This document shows, one piece after another, positions 27,354 to 41,399 of a DNA stretch of 64,000 nucleotides. Origin of the DNA: Eledone cirrhosa. Its lineage: Eukaryota. Location: NCBI GenBank assembly GCA_964016885.1, contig OZ024740.1:194618001-194682000 (forward strand), in the 5' to 3' direction. A program made the translations under genes and the position numbers. The notes beneath the pieces were generated by a model. The model saw only the letters and a program-made list of their open reading frames with translations, did not search any database and was not told the origin of the DNA. How positions within the stretch are numbered: position 1 is the stretch's first letter; every line of letters begins with the position of its first letter.

Positions 27354-27950
27354 GTCAGGTCACCAGTTGGTGTTACTGGTAACATGTATCCCAGTACAAC
27401 CTGTCTCATGGTCGGGTCGTTGGCGACTAAACTGGCAACCCCACCAAGGTTTCTTGGTGAGGAGGGTGACTTTGGACATCCGGCAGGACAAAAAACAAAA
27501 CCTGTCAAAGGGCAAAGGAGCTCTTAAGAGTCAATGGCCATCCAAAATCACGGGGAGAGATGACCCCTTAGCCTTTGTCAAGGCAGAATTCTAGGAGAAG
27601 GAAAACTCTGCAACCCTTATGGTATCCAATGATGTTGACTTGTTCTTCTTTTTGGTAAATATCATCTTGTTTAAGAGAGTGGGATTGGCTTTGTGCAGTG
27701 CCTTTGCTCACTAAAAAAGCTTCACAGCACAGGCATTGCTTTATATCTGGAGATCTCTCTGCACTTGTCGTCACATGGTACCATGGGCCCAGCACTATGT
27801 GTCAATAATTGTCACAAGTGTAGTGTTTGTACAAGAGTTTTCAAGTTGCTGGCTGGACTAAAAAGTCACACTCGTTCAGCGCATCAATAAGGGTTCTCCT
27901 ACATGGATATAAAGTAGTGGCCGTACTCGAAAACGAGTTGGCAGCCACTA
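27354..27950 (+). mobile_element. ~600-bp non-autonomous RTE-derived retroposon, full copy, within (TATG)n
   Basis: High identity to 40093-40706(-) and 31768-31958(-). Contains CTAGGAGAAGGAAAACTCTG, a terminal C2H2 finger ([24 protein letters not shown]) and a 3' end resembling that of the RTE at 10486-11205. Confidence 0.8.
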
Positions 27951-30341
27951 TGTGTGTATGAATATGTGTGTATGCATGTATGTATGTGTACGTATGTACG
28001 TAAGTGTACGTATGAATGTACGTACGTATGTATGTATATACGTATGTTTCTATGTATGTATGTTTGCGTGTATGTATGTTTTTATGTGAGTGTATGTATG
28101 TATGTATGTATGTATGTATGTACGTATGTATGTATATACGTATGTTTATATGTATGTATATACGTATGTTTATATGTATGTATGTTAGTGTGTATAAATG
28201 TTTTTATGTGAGTGTATGTATGTATATTTGTACCTATATCGTTGATTTTTTTTCCTTTGTTGTTTTCCAGGAAACTTTAATATTCTTATTTTACAAAAAT
28301 TCTGTTTACATAAGTTCTTTCAACAGAAACCACTTGAGGATTGTGTCAACCACCCTCTCTCCCTCTCCCTCTCCCTCTCCCTCTCTCACTCTCTCTATCA
28401 GTATCTATCATGTTACACTTGCTTCTTTATCATTTCTCCTTAATCTGATGTCTGTGAATTAGAGAGATTTGTCTGGGATTCAAAAAACCATCTCTTTCTT
28501 CATTTTAACATTTTTAATTCTATATGAAACTGAGGCAGACATTTGTTATTGCTGCTGCTCGTGTTGTTGTTCTTGTTCTTGCTGTTGCTGTTGCTGTTGC
28601 TGCTGCTGTTTTTGTTGTTGTTGTTGTTGTTGTAGTTTAGTGTCTCATCACAACGGTTTAAGTTGTTCTGTAAATTTGTTTCATTTTTACATTGTTATCC
28701 AGCTTATCTTCTTGCACTTTTGTTACCGTTTTGTAGATAAACCAACCCGTATCTTGGTGGGATAATTTGTTTATCTATCTGTAGCCTTTAGGGGGGCTAA
28801 ACCCGTGTTTATTTACCAAACACGCACCAATTTCTTTTAATAGACTACATAGTTGGTCCAGCAAAGTAAACAAACATACTTTTTAAGCTTATTTTACCGG
28901 TAAAACCTAAAGGGACGCAACTCTAGCCGGGGTCCCGGAAGCTTATTTTATCGTTAAATAATAAATAGTGTTTTAGAATCCGGGTAGTGACTACTATTTT
29001 AACCCAGATGCTGACTTTCTGCTAAAATTCTTAATTTCAAAAATATATTTGACTCTACTAAAATTCTTGAGCCATGGAACTCAGTAGATGTGTGTGTATG
29101 TAACTAAAGTGTACCGTACATTACGAATGGACTAAACACAAGCAGAATTATAATAAGATGATGACTAAATGATTTTAATTTATTTTTTACAATTGGAGGA
29201 AATGATTTCAAATTGTGTTAACAATTGTCTTAACTCGGACTGCAACTCATGGTGTCTGACACTCTTATCGGCTAAATAGCCTGAAAGTCTATTTTACCGA
29301 GACCGGCTTCATGGCCGCTTCCTTTTTTTATCGGAATTAAAATAACGGACAAAACTTTTGCGTCCGCTTGACAGAATAGTTGCCAATACAAACACCGCTG
29401 CCCCCAGCAGCATCATCAACATTACCCACACAACAATAACAACCAACCACACATACACCAAATTTTGTGCTAGTGAGAAGGGCCAATGATGAATTGATGG
29501 CCCTCATAGCACGAAGTAAAGATATTGAGAGAGAGAAGAGGAGATTTTCGGCACCAGCACTTTGAAAATGCCACAAACATTAATGATGGTGTGAAGGTCT
29601 CTAGACACCTACAAAAACATTAGGGATAGTTTCCTCCATGTCATTAGAACCCCTCATGTAAAAGCCACGAGTAAACTTTTAAACGGGTTTCCTAAGGAAA
29701 CCTCACCAAATATAGAGAGAAAACCACCCTATCTCCAAACACCACATTCAAGAAAAGTAGCCCTCCTTTTTCTCTAAATTCTAACCAAGCAGCATTGCAA
29801 TTCTATGAGTATAAAGCAGAAACCATTATTTTTAAGGGCACTGGATTGGCAGTATCATAAGAGCGTCGAGCAAATGTTTTGCAATATTTTTTCAGCTCTT
29901 TATATTCGGAGCTCAAATTCAACTGAAGTTAAGGTGACGATAAGATAAAGTACTAGTACTAGTCAAGTATTGCATCGACATAATCAACTAACCCGTTTCT
30001 CTGGTTTGCTGGTTTTGTGCCTGAATTAGAAACCATTCTCTTTCTATTCAGCGTAAATATATACATTATACTCATTGTTCATAGGTTTCTGCATATATTT
30101 TGTCAACTGTGTATCTTTCTTTTTTCAAGTTTTCAATTTTTGTTTACATAGTTTTGACCTCTTACGCTTTAACTGTCTTTGTGTCTTGTCTTCTCCACAT
30201 ATATACACTTACAAATACATACATACATGCATACATACATACATACATACATACATACATACATACATACATACATACATACATACATACATACATACAT
30301 ACATACATACATACATACATACATACATACATACATACATA

Positions 30342-31612
30342 AGGAGAGAACCAGAACTGAATACCTCAGAAGAGTAAAGAAAATATGGTCATCAGAACTG
30401 TCAGCATACAACAAATACATTGCCCACAATACTTATGCTGTGCCAATTCTAACGCCAACATTTGGCCTACTGAACTGGTCATTGCAAGAACTAAGTGAGA
30501 TGGATGTTAGAACTCGAAAACTTCTCAGTGTTACTGGCAACTTTAACATCAATGGTGATGTGGATAGGCTATACTTCTCACGCAAGGAAGGTGGCCGGGG
30601 TCTAAAATCAATATTAACAACATATGAGACCCGGATAGTAACACTGAAGCAACACCTTCAACAGAGGAAAAAGGTTGGAAACCATCTTGCCCAGGTTTAT
30701 GAGCATGAAAAAAGAAATATCATTAGAATAGCGACTGATCTGGAGGAGACATATGGAATAAAGCCTGATATAAATCTCTCACCCAGAGAAATCGGAAGAT
30801 CCTATTCAATGTTCAAACAAGATAAGAAAATTGACCAATTTACAGAAAAAGTTGTGCATGGATACTTGAGGCGTAAAACACAGACCATAGAGGGGATAAA
30901 CCACTCAAAAAGCCTGGCATGGAGTTCCGACAAGTTTATGACATCACACCTTGAGGGATATCTCTATGCAATACAGGAACAAGAACTCCCTACCAAATAT
31001 CTGCTGCACAAAAGAGGAGGGCCAGCAGCTGACAATAAATGTAGGCTATGTAAAACAAAGATCGAGGATGTAAGCCACATTGTTGCCAGCTGCGAAAGAA
31101 TGTCATCTCGCTACTACCTCCCCATGAGACACGATGGGATAGCTAGAACCATCTGGAACGCACTTCGGAAAACAAAATTAACAACAAACGAGGAAGAATA
31201 TATTGAGACAGATGGCACTAAGGAATACTGGTGGAACCTGAAAATAAAAACTGCCACCAAATTAAAGCACAACCGGCCTGATGTTGTAGTTTGGGACCAC
31301 ACATTTAAAACGTGTTCTGTTGTGGAGATCAGCTGTCCACTTGATGTAAACGTTGTCAGAAAAATACAGGAGAAGGAGGACATCTACGGACCATTGATGA
31401 GGAGTTTACAAATCCAGTATCCAAGATACACCTTTAGCTTCATACCCATCATTATTGGTGCTACGGGTTATATACCAACCCGCTTGGACCAAAGTATGAC
31501 TGAACTTGGATTTGCGGACAAAAAGCGCAGCTCCCTAATTCATAGTCTGCAGATGGCTGCTATAGCTGGCACCTTCAAAATTTGCAAAACATTCTTGCGA
31601 TTCAAGGGATGA
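30342..31612 (+). CDS. C-terminal part of R4/Dong ORF (thumb, zinc knuckle, restriction-like endonuclease)
   Basis: Real part of ORF 30179-31612. The N-terminal HTYI repeats are microsatellite read-through. Confidence 0.85.
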
Positions 31613-31693
31613 CAATTTCTTTTCTTTTACAACCTTGCCACCAGGAAGGTGGCCGGTCAAAAAAATATACTCGAAATTAAGAGAAAGAGAAAA
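30342..31693 (+). mobile_element. 5'-truncated R4/Dong-clade non-LTR retrotransposon inserted in (CATA)n
   Basis: Open frame to 31612 with RLYFSRKEGGRGL, CCHC knuckle CRLC...HIVASC, RHD and RLE motif NRPDVVVWD...VVEISCP...KEDIY. Short 3' UTR with GCCACC-AGGAA-GGTGGC hairpin. (CATA)n on both sides. Confidence 0.92.
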
Positions 31694-31767
31694 CATATAT
31701 ACATACATACATACATACATACATACATACATACATACATACATACATACATACATACATACATACA

Positions 31768-31958
31768 TGGTGACTGCCAACTCGTTTTCGAGTACGGCCA
31801 CTACTTTATATCCATGTAGGAGAACCCCTACCGATGCGCTGAACGAGTGTGACTTTTTAGTCCAGCCAGCGACTTGAAAACTCTGGTACAAACACTACAC
31901 TTGTGACAATTATTGACACATAGTGCTGGGCCCATGGTACCATGTGACGACAAGTGCA
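31768..31958 (-). mobile_element. 5'-truncated copy of the RTE-derived retroposon within (CATA)n
   Basis: Matches the last ~190 bp of 27354-27950. Confidence 0.85.
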
Positions 31959-31982
31959 TACATACATACATACATACATACA

Positions 31983-32116
<134 letters not shown>

Positions 32117-32605
32117 GATAAATGTCTTCGACTGTACCCCGACGACCTAAGAGTTTAAGGGTCTTACCACTAATTTGTACTGGCTGATGTAGCAGAATGT
32201 TGCTACATACACAGTAAGCCAACCTTATCGCCAGTGCTTAATTAATGAAAACATTCAGTATTTGTTATTCATTTCTTTCTTTCTATCTTACTGTATTTCT
32301 CAAGCTATCTATCTCTCTTTCCCTCTCTTTCTCCTTCTCTTCCTCTTTGACACACACATATATTTTATTTCTCAGTCTCTCTCTCTCTCCCTCTTTCTTT
32401 AATGCTTTCTTCCTTCTTATTTCTATTCTCTTGTTTCTTTTGGTAAATTCTCTTTTCCTCTCACTCGTTACTATTCTCTCTTACTGTATCCTTTATATTT
32501 GCTATTTGTCTCTTTTATCTTACCCTTTATCGTCCCCTTGGTTAGTCTCACTCTTTCCCACTTCAATTTTCTCTCCTTATATCTTTCGCCCTCTCTTTGA
32601 CACTT

Positions 32606-32676
<71 letters not shown>

Positions 32677-34095
32677 CTTTCTCTCTCGCGTTCTCTCTTT
32701 CTTTCTCTTTATTTATCCAGCATTTTCTCTTCCTTTTCCCCTATTGCACATATTTTCATAGACACTTTCTCATTTCTGACTTTTTTACAACCACTAAGCA
32801 CCTCATCTCTCATTCTCTCTTTACCACCTCCTTATCTGTAATCCCTTATTTTATTTCTTTATCTTAACGTTTCACTGCATCTTCCAATAACTATCCGTTT
32901 TATGTGCATTATATTGTTTAGATCGATCCTTCTCTGGAAGAAATCTGCTGTATTCAAACCTGAAGAAGAGATCGGCTACGCTGTGTTTAAAATGCCCTAG
33001 AAACGCCGTATGTCAATACGGAGCCCCTACGATTTCATGAAAAGCTACGGGACTATGCCATGCCATGCCATTATTTCTATCTAAATCAGCTCTCACACAG
33101 CTAACCTGTGATCAAATACGTTTAAACCGTGGCAATTCCGTCTTTTATTTCATCATCAATAGTGAACCTCTGACTACATGATCAAATATGTCTTATTTTT
33201 TAATAGGATATGGTGTTGTTTTAGTGAGATTTAGCTGCTAATTCTGTCAGTTTAAGTTGTCACGTAGGGACTCTTCCACAGGTTCACCTCGTCATGTTCA
33301 GTATTGACAACCCTAGCAATGTCAATATATCATCTAGAATGGTATGGTTCCATAATTCCCAATGGAGTCATAAGGGTGCCGTAGTGGCATGCGGCATTTC
33401 TTGGACATTTTAAGTCAGTCGGAGCCCAACCCTCTCCAGCATATTTCTCCCAGAGAAGGCTAGAAAGTGTGAAAGAGATATAGAAGAAGAATTGGTATAT
33501 TTTATCTAACAAAACACCATTTTATCATATGATTCTTTCTTTTTGATAAAGACTTCTGTCATATGTTGAAAAAATAAACTATTTGATTTCTAGAATAAAA
33601 GTAGCCCCCAGACTCTAATATCTACATATGGTTAGAGAGGATCTTACCTTGAAAATGTTCATGCATTCCAAAACTGCGGACAAACTTCATCTAATCAGAA
33701 TTAACTTAATGGTCGCTATATATATATTTTTTTTTGTTTATTTGTTTATTGTTTTTGTGTGCGTGTTTTTTTGTTGTTGTTTTTTTGTTTCTTTCTTTTC
33801 GTCCGGAGATAGGAAACAGCAAAGGTGGAATAACGATTCTGAACTTTCCAGCTTCCTCAAAAAATATATTTCACTCTACTTTTAATATTGATTTCTAAAT
33901 TAGGCACAAAACCAGCAAATTCAGGGGGAAAGGGCGGAGTTCATAAAATCAACTCTACTTGAAAATTGCTTTATTTTATCGACCCGAAATGAGGAAAGAC
34001 AGAGGTCACCTCGGTGGGATTTGAACTCCTTTACTTTTAATATTACGTATTTTCTATTCTCCTTCTTGGACGTATGTATGTGTTATTATACATAT

Positions 34096-34126
<31 letters not shown>

Positions 34127-34152
34127 CATACTGAGGGTTTAAATCAAAATTC

Positions 34153-34183
<31 letters not shown>

Positions 34184-34203
34184 CTGAGGGTTTAAATCAA
34201 TAT

Positions 34204-34276
<73 letters not shown>

Positions 34277-35029
34277 TGTGTGTGTGTGTGCGTGTGTGCC
34301 TATATGTTCAATAAAAACATATCAAGAATTCTGACATTGACGTCTAGTGCCATCTAGTGCACTAACAGAAAAGTTGTCTTGCCAATCTGTCATGTAACGA
34401 AGCTTAGTGGGGTTTTACTAACTAGAATGTGTACATTGTACCATACATACATACATACATATATACATACATAATAGTATAAATGTGCGTGTGTGTGTAT
34501 GCGTGTGGAATCGAATGGACCTTCGTCGGTTTCGATGAAGAATATATTATTTCTTCGTTCACCTGTGGAGACTTCACATGAAATTAACATGTTAGTGGCT
34601 CAGCATTCCACAGGGATATACTTCATCTGATTCAGCGTTACAGACCAAAGAATACCGTTGCTCCTTTATATTACCGGTGTAGTCCACTCGACGCGCTTCC
34701 AAACAGTTTCTGTTTACTAAAACTCATGTACAAATCTTGGGCCATCCCATGGGTATATTGCATGAAACTTGCGCTAAGATGCCACGCACTGTGACTGCAG
34801 CCTTGACCGGAGTGAAATTCTTAACAATTCAGCCATGCTTTCCACATATGTGTATATGTGTGTGTGTATTTGTCGTCGAAACGGCATTGCTCATCCGACG
34901 AGCACTAACTTTTTACAATGCGCACAATCTACTTTCCTAAATATTGAATACATGGCTAAACAATGGCCGTACTATTCTAAACTGGTAGCTCCCAATATAT
35001 ATATACATATATATATATATATGTATACA

Positions 35030-35322
35030 TATTGTTATACTTTGGGAGGGTCATGTTGCCAATAAGAAACACACGCACCAGTGATTTCACTTCAATTTAT
35101 TATAATAAATTTATAAATTTCTGGTTGGTTGGCTGGTTCCACAACCAGATGATTGTTCATATATTGTCAAAGTTCTTTCGCCACACATTATGTCACCTCT
35201 TCAGTGACTAGGGATTCTTTTCTTTGTTTTTGTGCCTCCCCTTTGACCCTCTCCGTTGACCCTTCCAAAGTATAACAATATCGGTTTCAACACACGTTTT
35301 CAGATAAAGAATCTTGCTAAAC
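35030..35322. mobile_element. Short Penelope-related element with 24-bp inverted repeat and tail
   Basis: TATTGTTATACTTTGGGAGGGTCA (35030) pairs with TGACCCTTCCAAAGTATAACAATA (to 35280). 35257-35322 is homologous to the Penelope 3' terminus at 57497-57562. Confidence 0.7.
35166..35208 (-). ncRNA. Type I hammerhead ribozyme
   Basis: Reverse complement: GTCA-CTGAAGA-GGTGACATAATGTGTGGC-GAAA-GAAC-TT-TGAC. Stem I GTCA/TGAC; stems II and III imperfect. Confidence 0.55.
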
Positions 35323-35741
35323 AAATTCAGAAACGAAATATGTATATATATATATATATAAGTTTATCCCGTGTTCAATCGGGGGTAACCACAGTAAGTA
35401 AGGTACTCAATACAAAGCAGTGTATAAATATTTAATATAGAAATAGCTTCTACAGGACTAAAACTGTTTCATTCGGGAGAAATATATATGTGTGGGGGGG
35501 GGGACTGTGTGTGTGTGTTGGATCTCGATGTATATATATCATGACGAGAGTAAGTGAATACTATACACTATCAGACCAATGGAAATTTCAGTTATTTAAA
35601 AAATTATATGATTGTTGTCTAACTCCTTGCGTGGAAGAATTGAGGCAATTAATGTTAGATCGTGGGAGATGGAAAGGTTTTATCGTCTCACCACAAAATG
35701 GATGAATTTAGTAGTAGCAATAGTATTATTATTATTATTAT

Positions 35742-35795
<54 letters not shown>

Positions 35796-36359
35796 AGTTG
35801 ATTGTTGAAACTTTATAGAGAAATATGGAAAAAATACTTTCTGCTGAAGTCCTTTTTTCCTCTTTTTTCTTTTTTTCTGCAGCGATAGATTTTTGAGATG
35901 GTGTGAAATCTATATAGATATTGCTGAAGGTGCTGACTTAGGAGGGAAAATCTTTGAAAACTAAATTTAATACACTTGTTACTTCTTCCTTCAGTTGTAT
36001 TCCATTTTAATCTTTACATCAAGCATTGAACTCGCTCTAGAAAGAACTGCATGAGAAAATACTGCTTCAGTTCTCTTCGTCATTCCATCGTCTCTATCGT
36101 GTTAAAGTTGTTGTAAATGTGTTGAAATAATAGTTTATTTATAAACAAAAATGATATAAACAATCTTAAGTATGATATCAAATCGAATACATAATCAAAC
36201 TATACTATTGCTCTTCAACGGTGCGACCACATTCGTAACGCTTTATCAAATCTCACTACATTAAAATACATCTTTATTTTCATATTAGGTAAGCCTGCAT
36301 CTGCCTGTACTTCACACCCTGTTCTAGCGAACAAAGTGCGATTTATATATATATATGAT

Positions 36360-36448
<89 letters not shown>

Positions 36449-36546
36449 GAATGAAACGAAATTTCATTTCTCACTCTTAGTACGGCACTTACTTAAATGT
36501 ATGTATGTATACGTACATACATATATGTATACAGACGTACAGTAGC

Positions 36547-36583
<37 letters not shown>

Positions 36584-36732
36584 CAGGCACACATATATAT
36601 ATGTACGTATCAGTTTAGCGAACATTTATTATAATGTTCGCTTTGTTCGTTTGTAAACAAACGGAAAGCCTGATTTAAGCCGTACGGTGTTAAGGCAACC
36701 ACGTCACCTTTTTGTTCAACACTGACACAGGA

Positions 36733-36775
36733 ACGATGTACTAGTTTCAAGCTTGTTAGCTATCGTCAGCACCGT
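36733..36775 (-). ncRNA. Type I hammerhead ribozyme (family A)
   Basis: Reverse complement: ACGGTG-CTGACGA-TAGCTAACAAGCTT-GAAA-CTAG-TA-CATCGT. Confidence 0.8.
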
Positions 36776-36849
36776 ATACCCTTCTGCCAGATGGTTGAAC
36801 GTTCGAAAGTATATACTTTCCTTATGAAAATTAACGGCTGAGCAGCCTA

Positions 36850-36857
36850 ATTTGCAT
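36850..36857 (-). promoter_or_regulatory. Octamer motif ATGCAAAT upstream of the family A hammerhead
   Basis: Perfect ATTTGCAT on + strand, conserved in the family A copies covering this segment (12089, 60674, 61146). Confidence 0.45.
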
Positions 36858-37008
36858 ATCGAGTGAGTTCAGTCGGCCAGGCGCACCGAAAACGATAAAT
36901 GGAATAGAATGAAACGAAATTTCATTTCTCACTCTTAGTACGGCACTTACTTAAATGTAAGTATGTATGTATATGTACATACATATATGTATACAGACGT
37001 ACAGTAGC

Positions 37009-37066
<58 letters not shown>

Positions 37067-37149
37067 GCTACTGTACGTCTGTATACATATATGTATGTAC
37101 GTATACATACATACTTACATTTATATATATATATATATATAAATATATA

Positions 37150-37595
37150 CAATGATATTAAATAAATGGAAACTATATTTATAAAACCATATTTATTTTA
37201 TTATAAATATGTCAAGGGTACCAAGACAACATTGGTACGCTTTCATCAGATAAAATACAAAGTTTGTTTTATAAATAGAGACATACCCATGAAAATCATC
37301 CCTTATCGGTTGGAAATTCACTGGATTATCCAGTGAATTTCCAACCGATAAGGTATAATTTTCATGGGTATGTCTCTATGTATAAAACAAACTTTGTATT
37401 TTATCTGATGAAAGCGTACCAATGTTGTCTTGGTACCCTTGAAATATTTATAATAAAATAAATATGGTTTTATAAATATAGTTTCCATTTATTTAATATC
37501 ATTGAATATTTACTCCAGTAACTGTTGAGTGCTCTAAATCAGTTATAAACATTTATATTTATCGGACTTCCATCAAATTAAATACCCCATCTACT
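37150..37595. mobile_element. Family B: 355-bp palindrome (37150-37504) plus unique tail, flanked by (TA)n
   Basis: Arms reverse-complementary about position 37327. Homologues at 22789 and 52025. Confidence 0.88.
37397..37460 (+). ncRNA. Type I hammerhead ribozyme (family B)
   Basis: TATTTTAT-CTGATGA-AAGCGTACCA ATGTTGTCT TGGTACCCTT-GAAA-TATTTA-TA-ATAAAATA, with an 8-bp stem I. The mirror arm has GAAA mutated to GACA. Confidence 0.8.
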
Positions 37596-38122
37596 TATAT
37601 ATATATATTTATATATATATATATAAATCAGGATGGATTCAGTTTGAAATTGGTTAGACCATTACTCACAAGAGTATTCGATACTTTGGGTGGTAGAGTA
37701 TGGTTATATTATAAAGAGTCGGGACCCCGACGGCCGAGTTCTTGCCGTTTCAACAGCTAGTTCCAAATATATATATATATACATATATATGTGTGTGTGT
37801 GTGTTTGTACAATGTGTGTAGATGCCAGTCAGTTGTTATCATATAAAAATTTGAAATGTTGTGTATATATATATAATAGATGATGTCTTCAACTGTATTT
37901 CATAGTGGAGAATTTCATCGAAAGACCTTAGTAGAATAATGACTACATTGGCTTCTAATTTAATTATCTTTGTTTCTCACAAAAGAGGAAGAACTCAATT
38001 TTCACATACGACTCTTGGTGAACACTCGAATTGCTGAAACATCGTCACTGAGATGTAAGAAATTGAATAAATCAACTTATAAATCCACCAACTCTCTCCT
38101 CTCTTTCTCTCTTTTAATATAT

Positions 38123-38170
<48 letters not shown>

Positions 38171-38713
38171 GTATATGTATGTGTGTGTGTGTGTGTGTGT
38201 ATATATATAAGAGAGATGTATGTTAATATTCGTATTTGTTTGAATCAAATCCTTTAAAAGCAGAGTTTATTTTTATTCATAGCCAACATTTATGTATTAA
38301 TACCTTTGGAATAATTATTGCATAATTTTGTTAAATCCTTTTCGTTTTGTCACTATAATTTTTCAGTCATACAAATATAGTTACTTCCGTTCTTCTGGAA
38401 CTGCTGCAAGTAAAGATTTCCTTACTTTTAAGTTTTCTTCAATTCACCTTTGGTTTAATGAAATTTCCATAGATTTTCATTTATAGGCGCAGGCAATGAC
38501 CGTATAGTTAAGAATGTGTTTTAGAGTTACGTATATTCAGGTTCAGTCCCACTGTCTCCGATGCTGGGTGTCTGCCACTATAGCTTTGTATATGTGTGTA
38601 TATATATATATATGTGTCTGTGTGTGTGTGTGTGTGTGTGTGTATGTATATATATATATATATATATGAATATATATAGATATATACATGAGTGGTGGAT
38701 CATGCATGTAAAG

Positions 38714-38895
38714 TCACATATCTGACAAGACGAGTCGTGGTTGGTAAATCACAACAGTATTTTCCAAGTTTATTGTGAGGCCCAAACCACTGCAAACATC
38801 AGAAAAAGAGTTCATAATATTCTGCATGTCACTTTGTGAATGTGCAAGCAGATCGCAGTCATCTGCATACAAAACCACTCGGATTTTGGATATTA
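38714..38895 (-). pseudogene. RTE-clade reverse transcriptase fragment
   Basis: LYADDCDLLAHSQSDMQNIMNSFSDVCSGLGLTINLENTVVIYQP. Confidence 0.85.
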
Positions 38896-39074
38896 ATATG
38901 TACATACATACATATACGTATATATATATACATATATATAGAAATATATTATATATATATATTGAGAGAGAGAGAGAAAGAGAGAGTGAGAGAAACATAT
39001 ACTGTGTATATATACATAGATATACGTATATATAGAGAGAAACATATATATATATGTAGATAGATACATATACG

Positions 39075-39106
<32 letters not shown>

Positions 39107-39117
39107 GAAACATATAT

Positions 39118-39165
<48 letters not shown>

Positions 39166-39168
<3 letters not shown>

Positions 39169-39625
39169 GTAGCTGCAGGTAGGCCGTACGTGCGGCAGCA
39201 AGACTGAACGGCCTGCCATACCAGCCGAAAGACCCAAGCCTGGCTGTCAGAGGACTTCGTCGACCATACTTCACCTGACATCTGGCCTCCCATCTCACCT
39301 TACTGCAACCCCCTCGACTTCTTTGTGTGGGGCGCAGTGGAACGAGACACCAACAGATCTAGCTGCTATATGAAAGACGATCTGAAGGCCAGGATCACAA
39401 GTGCCTTTAGGGGCCTAAATCGGGAGACAGTGACGAAGGCCTGTAGCCGGTTCCGAGGCCGCCTTCAGGCCGTAATCAAAGCAAATGGTGGGTTTATCGA
39501 GTGCGATCGAAGGAACAAGTCATCAAGACAAACTGACCCAAGTTTGATAAATATATCTTTAAAAATAGAACTACTGTGTTATGTTTTCCTAGACGGTAAC
39601 CTTGCTAACAAATATCCTCCGCACC

Positions 39626-39628
<3 letters not shown>
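39166..39628 (+). mobile_element. Tc1/mariner-superfamily (DDxD-type) transposon 3' fragment in (TA)n
   Basis: WPP...CNPLDFFVWGAVE...DLKARI...KACSRF..RLQAVIKANGGFIE, followed by TIR-like end ...CCGCACCCTG|TA. Confidence 0.85.
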
Positions 39629-39692
<64 letters not shown>

Positions 39693-39720
39693 TGTAATAA
39701 ACAACATAAGATAATAATTT

Positions 39721-39775
39721 CATTTACCAGTGGTTTCTTGAAAGCAAACAAAATTTGCTTTCAGTCATCAGAATG
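39721..39775 (-). ncRNA. Type I hammerhead ribozyme
   Basis: Reverse complement: CATT-CTGATGA-CTGAAAGCAAA TTTTG TTTGCTTTCAA-GAAA-CCACTGG-TA-AATG. All three stems pair; GUA triplet. Confidence 0.85.
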
Positions 39776-39927
39776 TAAATATCCTGGTGTATTAATTGAC
39801 AGTGGATTTGAAAAACAAAAATATGATAAATATGAAAGTGAGGCTGGAGGAAGAAGTAGAAAAAAAGGGAGGGTGGGATAATAAATAAAAATATATAAAC
39901 ACACACGTACACACACACATATACACT

Positions 39928-39961
<34 letters not shown>

Positions 39962-40022
39962 TACACACACATACATATACACATATATATATATCCATAC
40001 ATACACATACATAATATACACA

Positions 40023-40092
<70 letters not shown>

Positions 40093-40095
<3 letters not shown>

Positions 40096-40706
40096 TGGCT
40101 GCCAGCTCGTTTTCGAGTACGGCCACTACTTTATATCCATGTAGGAGAACCCCTACCGATGCGCTGAACGAGTGTGACTTTTTAGTCCAGCCAGCGACTT
40201 GAAAACTCTCGTACAAACACTACACTTGTGACAATTATTGACACATAGTGCTGGGCCCATGATACCATGTCACGACAAGTGCAGAGAGATCTCCAGATAT
40301 AAAGCAATGCCTGTGCCGTGAAGCTTTTATAGTGAGCAAAGGCACTGCACAAAGCCAGTCCCACTCTCTTAAACAAGATGATATTTACCAAAAAGAAGAA
40401 CAAGTCAACATCATTGGATACCATCAGGGTTGCAGGTGTTATATCAGAGTTTTCCTTCTCTTCTCCTAGAATTCTGCCTTGACGAAGGCTAAGGGGTCAT
40501 ATCTCCCGGTGATTTTGGATGGCCATTGACTCTTAAGAGCTCCTTTGCCCTTTGACAGGTTTTGTTTTTAGTCCTACAGGATGTCCAAAGTCACCCTCCT
40601 CACCAAGAAACCTTGGTGGGGTTGCCAGTTTAGTCGCCAACGACCCGATCATGGGGCAGGTTGTACTGGAATACATGTTACCAATAGCACCAACTGGTGA
40701 CCTGAC
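40093..40706 (-). mobile_element. ~610-bp non-autonomous RTE-derived retroposon, full copy
   Basis: Reverse complement of 27354-27950. Flanked by (TA)n on both sides. Confidence 0.85.
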
Positions 40707-41051
40707 AACAATATATATATATACATACATACATACACACACATACATACACACATACACATATATACACACATACATACCCACACACATATAAGGATAT
40801 ATATACATACATACCCACACACACAATTAAGAATAAATAAAAATCAATGAACAACCATATTAGGCCGTCACATACAAATAAGCAAATAAAAATAAGAATT
40901 AAGAAAATAAAAATTATTATTAAGTTGACAGCGATACAGGACGTCACAAATAAATATAAATAACCAAACACACGTGGTAAGCAAATGCACAAGATAAAAT
41001 AAATAAATATATATATATATATAATGTATAATAAACAATACAATATAATTA

Positions 41052-41119
41052 CCTCATTACCAGCGGTTTCCCGAATAAGACGAATACAAGAAACGTCCTT
41101 ATTCGTTCGTCAGACAAGG
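41052..41119 (-). ncRNA. Type I hammerhead ribozyme, probably in the 3' pLTR region of the Penelope remnant
   Basis: Reverse complement: CCTTGT-CTGACGA-ACGAATAAGGACG...CGTCTTATTCGG-GAAA-CCGCTGG-TA-ATGAGG. All stems pair. Confidence 0.85.
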
Positions 41120-41399
41120 CAATTTAAAACATAGTGAAATATTTGTAAAATTTCCTCAAGAAAGGCAAAAGTTTAACGGGCAAAAAAAATATTTAAATAA
41201 AAGTAATGCAAGAGATATATAAAAATAAAATAAGGAAATATAGTAAGAGTATGTGTATAAATGTGTGTATATGCACCTACAAATGTACATATGTGTGTAT
41301 GTACAAATGCATGTGTAGAGTGAAAAAATGTGTGCGTAAGTACATACATGAGAGCAAGCATATCAGTGTATGTGTGACCACAAATACGTATATAATATA

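Larger units (their letters stand above)
36444..37120. mobile_element. Family A hammerhead repeat: one full unit, partial tandem and short inverted copy
   Basis: Unit start AATAGAATGAAACGAAATTTC recurs at ~36903. Inverted segment at ~37063-37120. Confidence 0.85.

Noticed and set aside
27820-27890. Host C2H2 zinc-finger gene exon
   Set aside because: The finger lies at the 3' end of a dispersed repeat and matches the RTE C-terminus at ~11100, so it is transposon-derived.
28780-29370. Possible DNA transposon remnant
   Set aside because: No matching TIR pair or TSD could be identified by eye.
32960-33014. CTGAAGA...GAAACGCCGTA hammerhead candidate
   Set aside because: Core words are present but stems I and II do not pair convincingly. 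At best a decayed copy.
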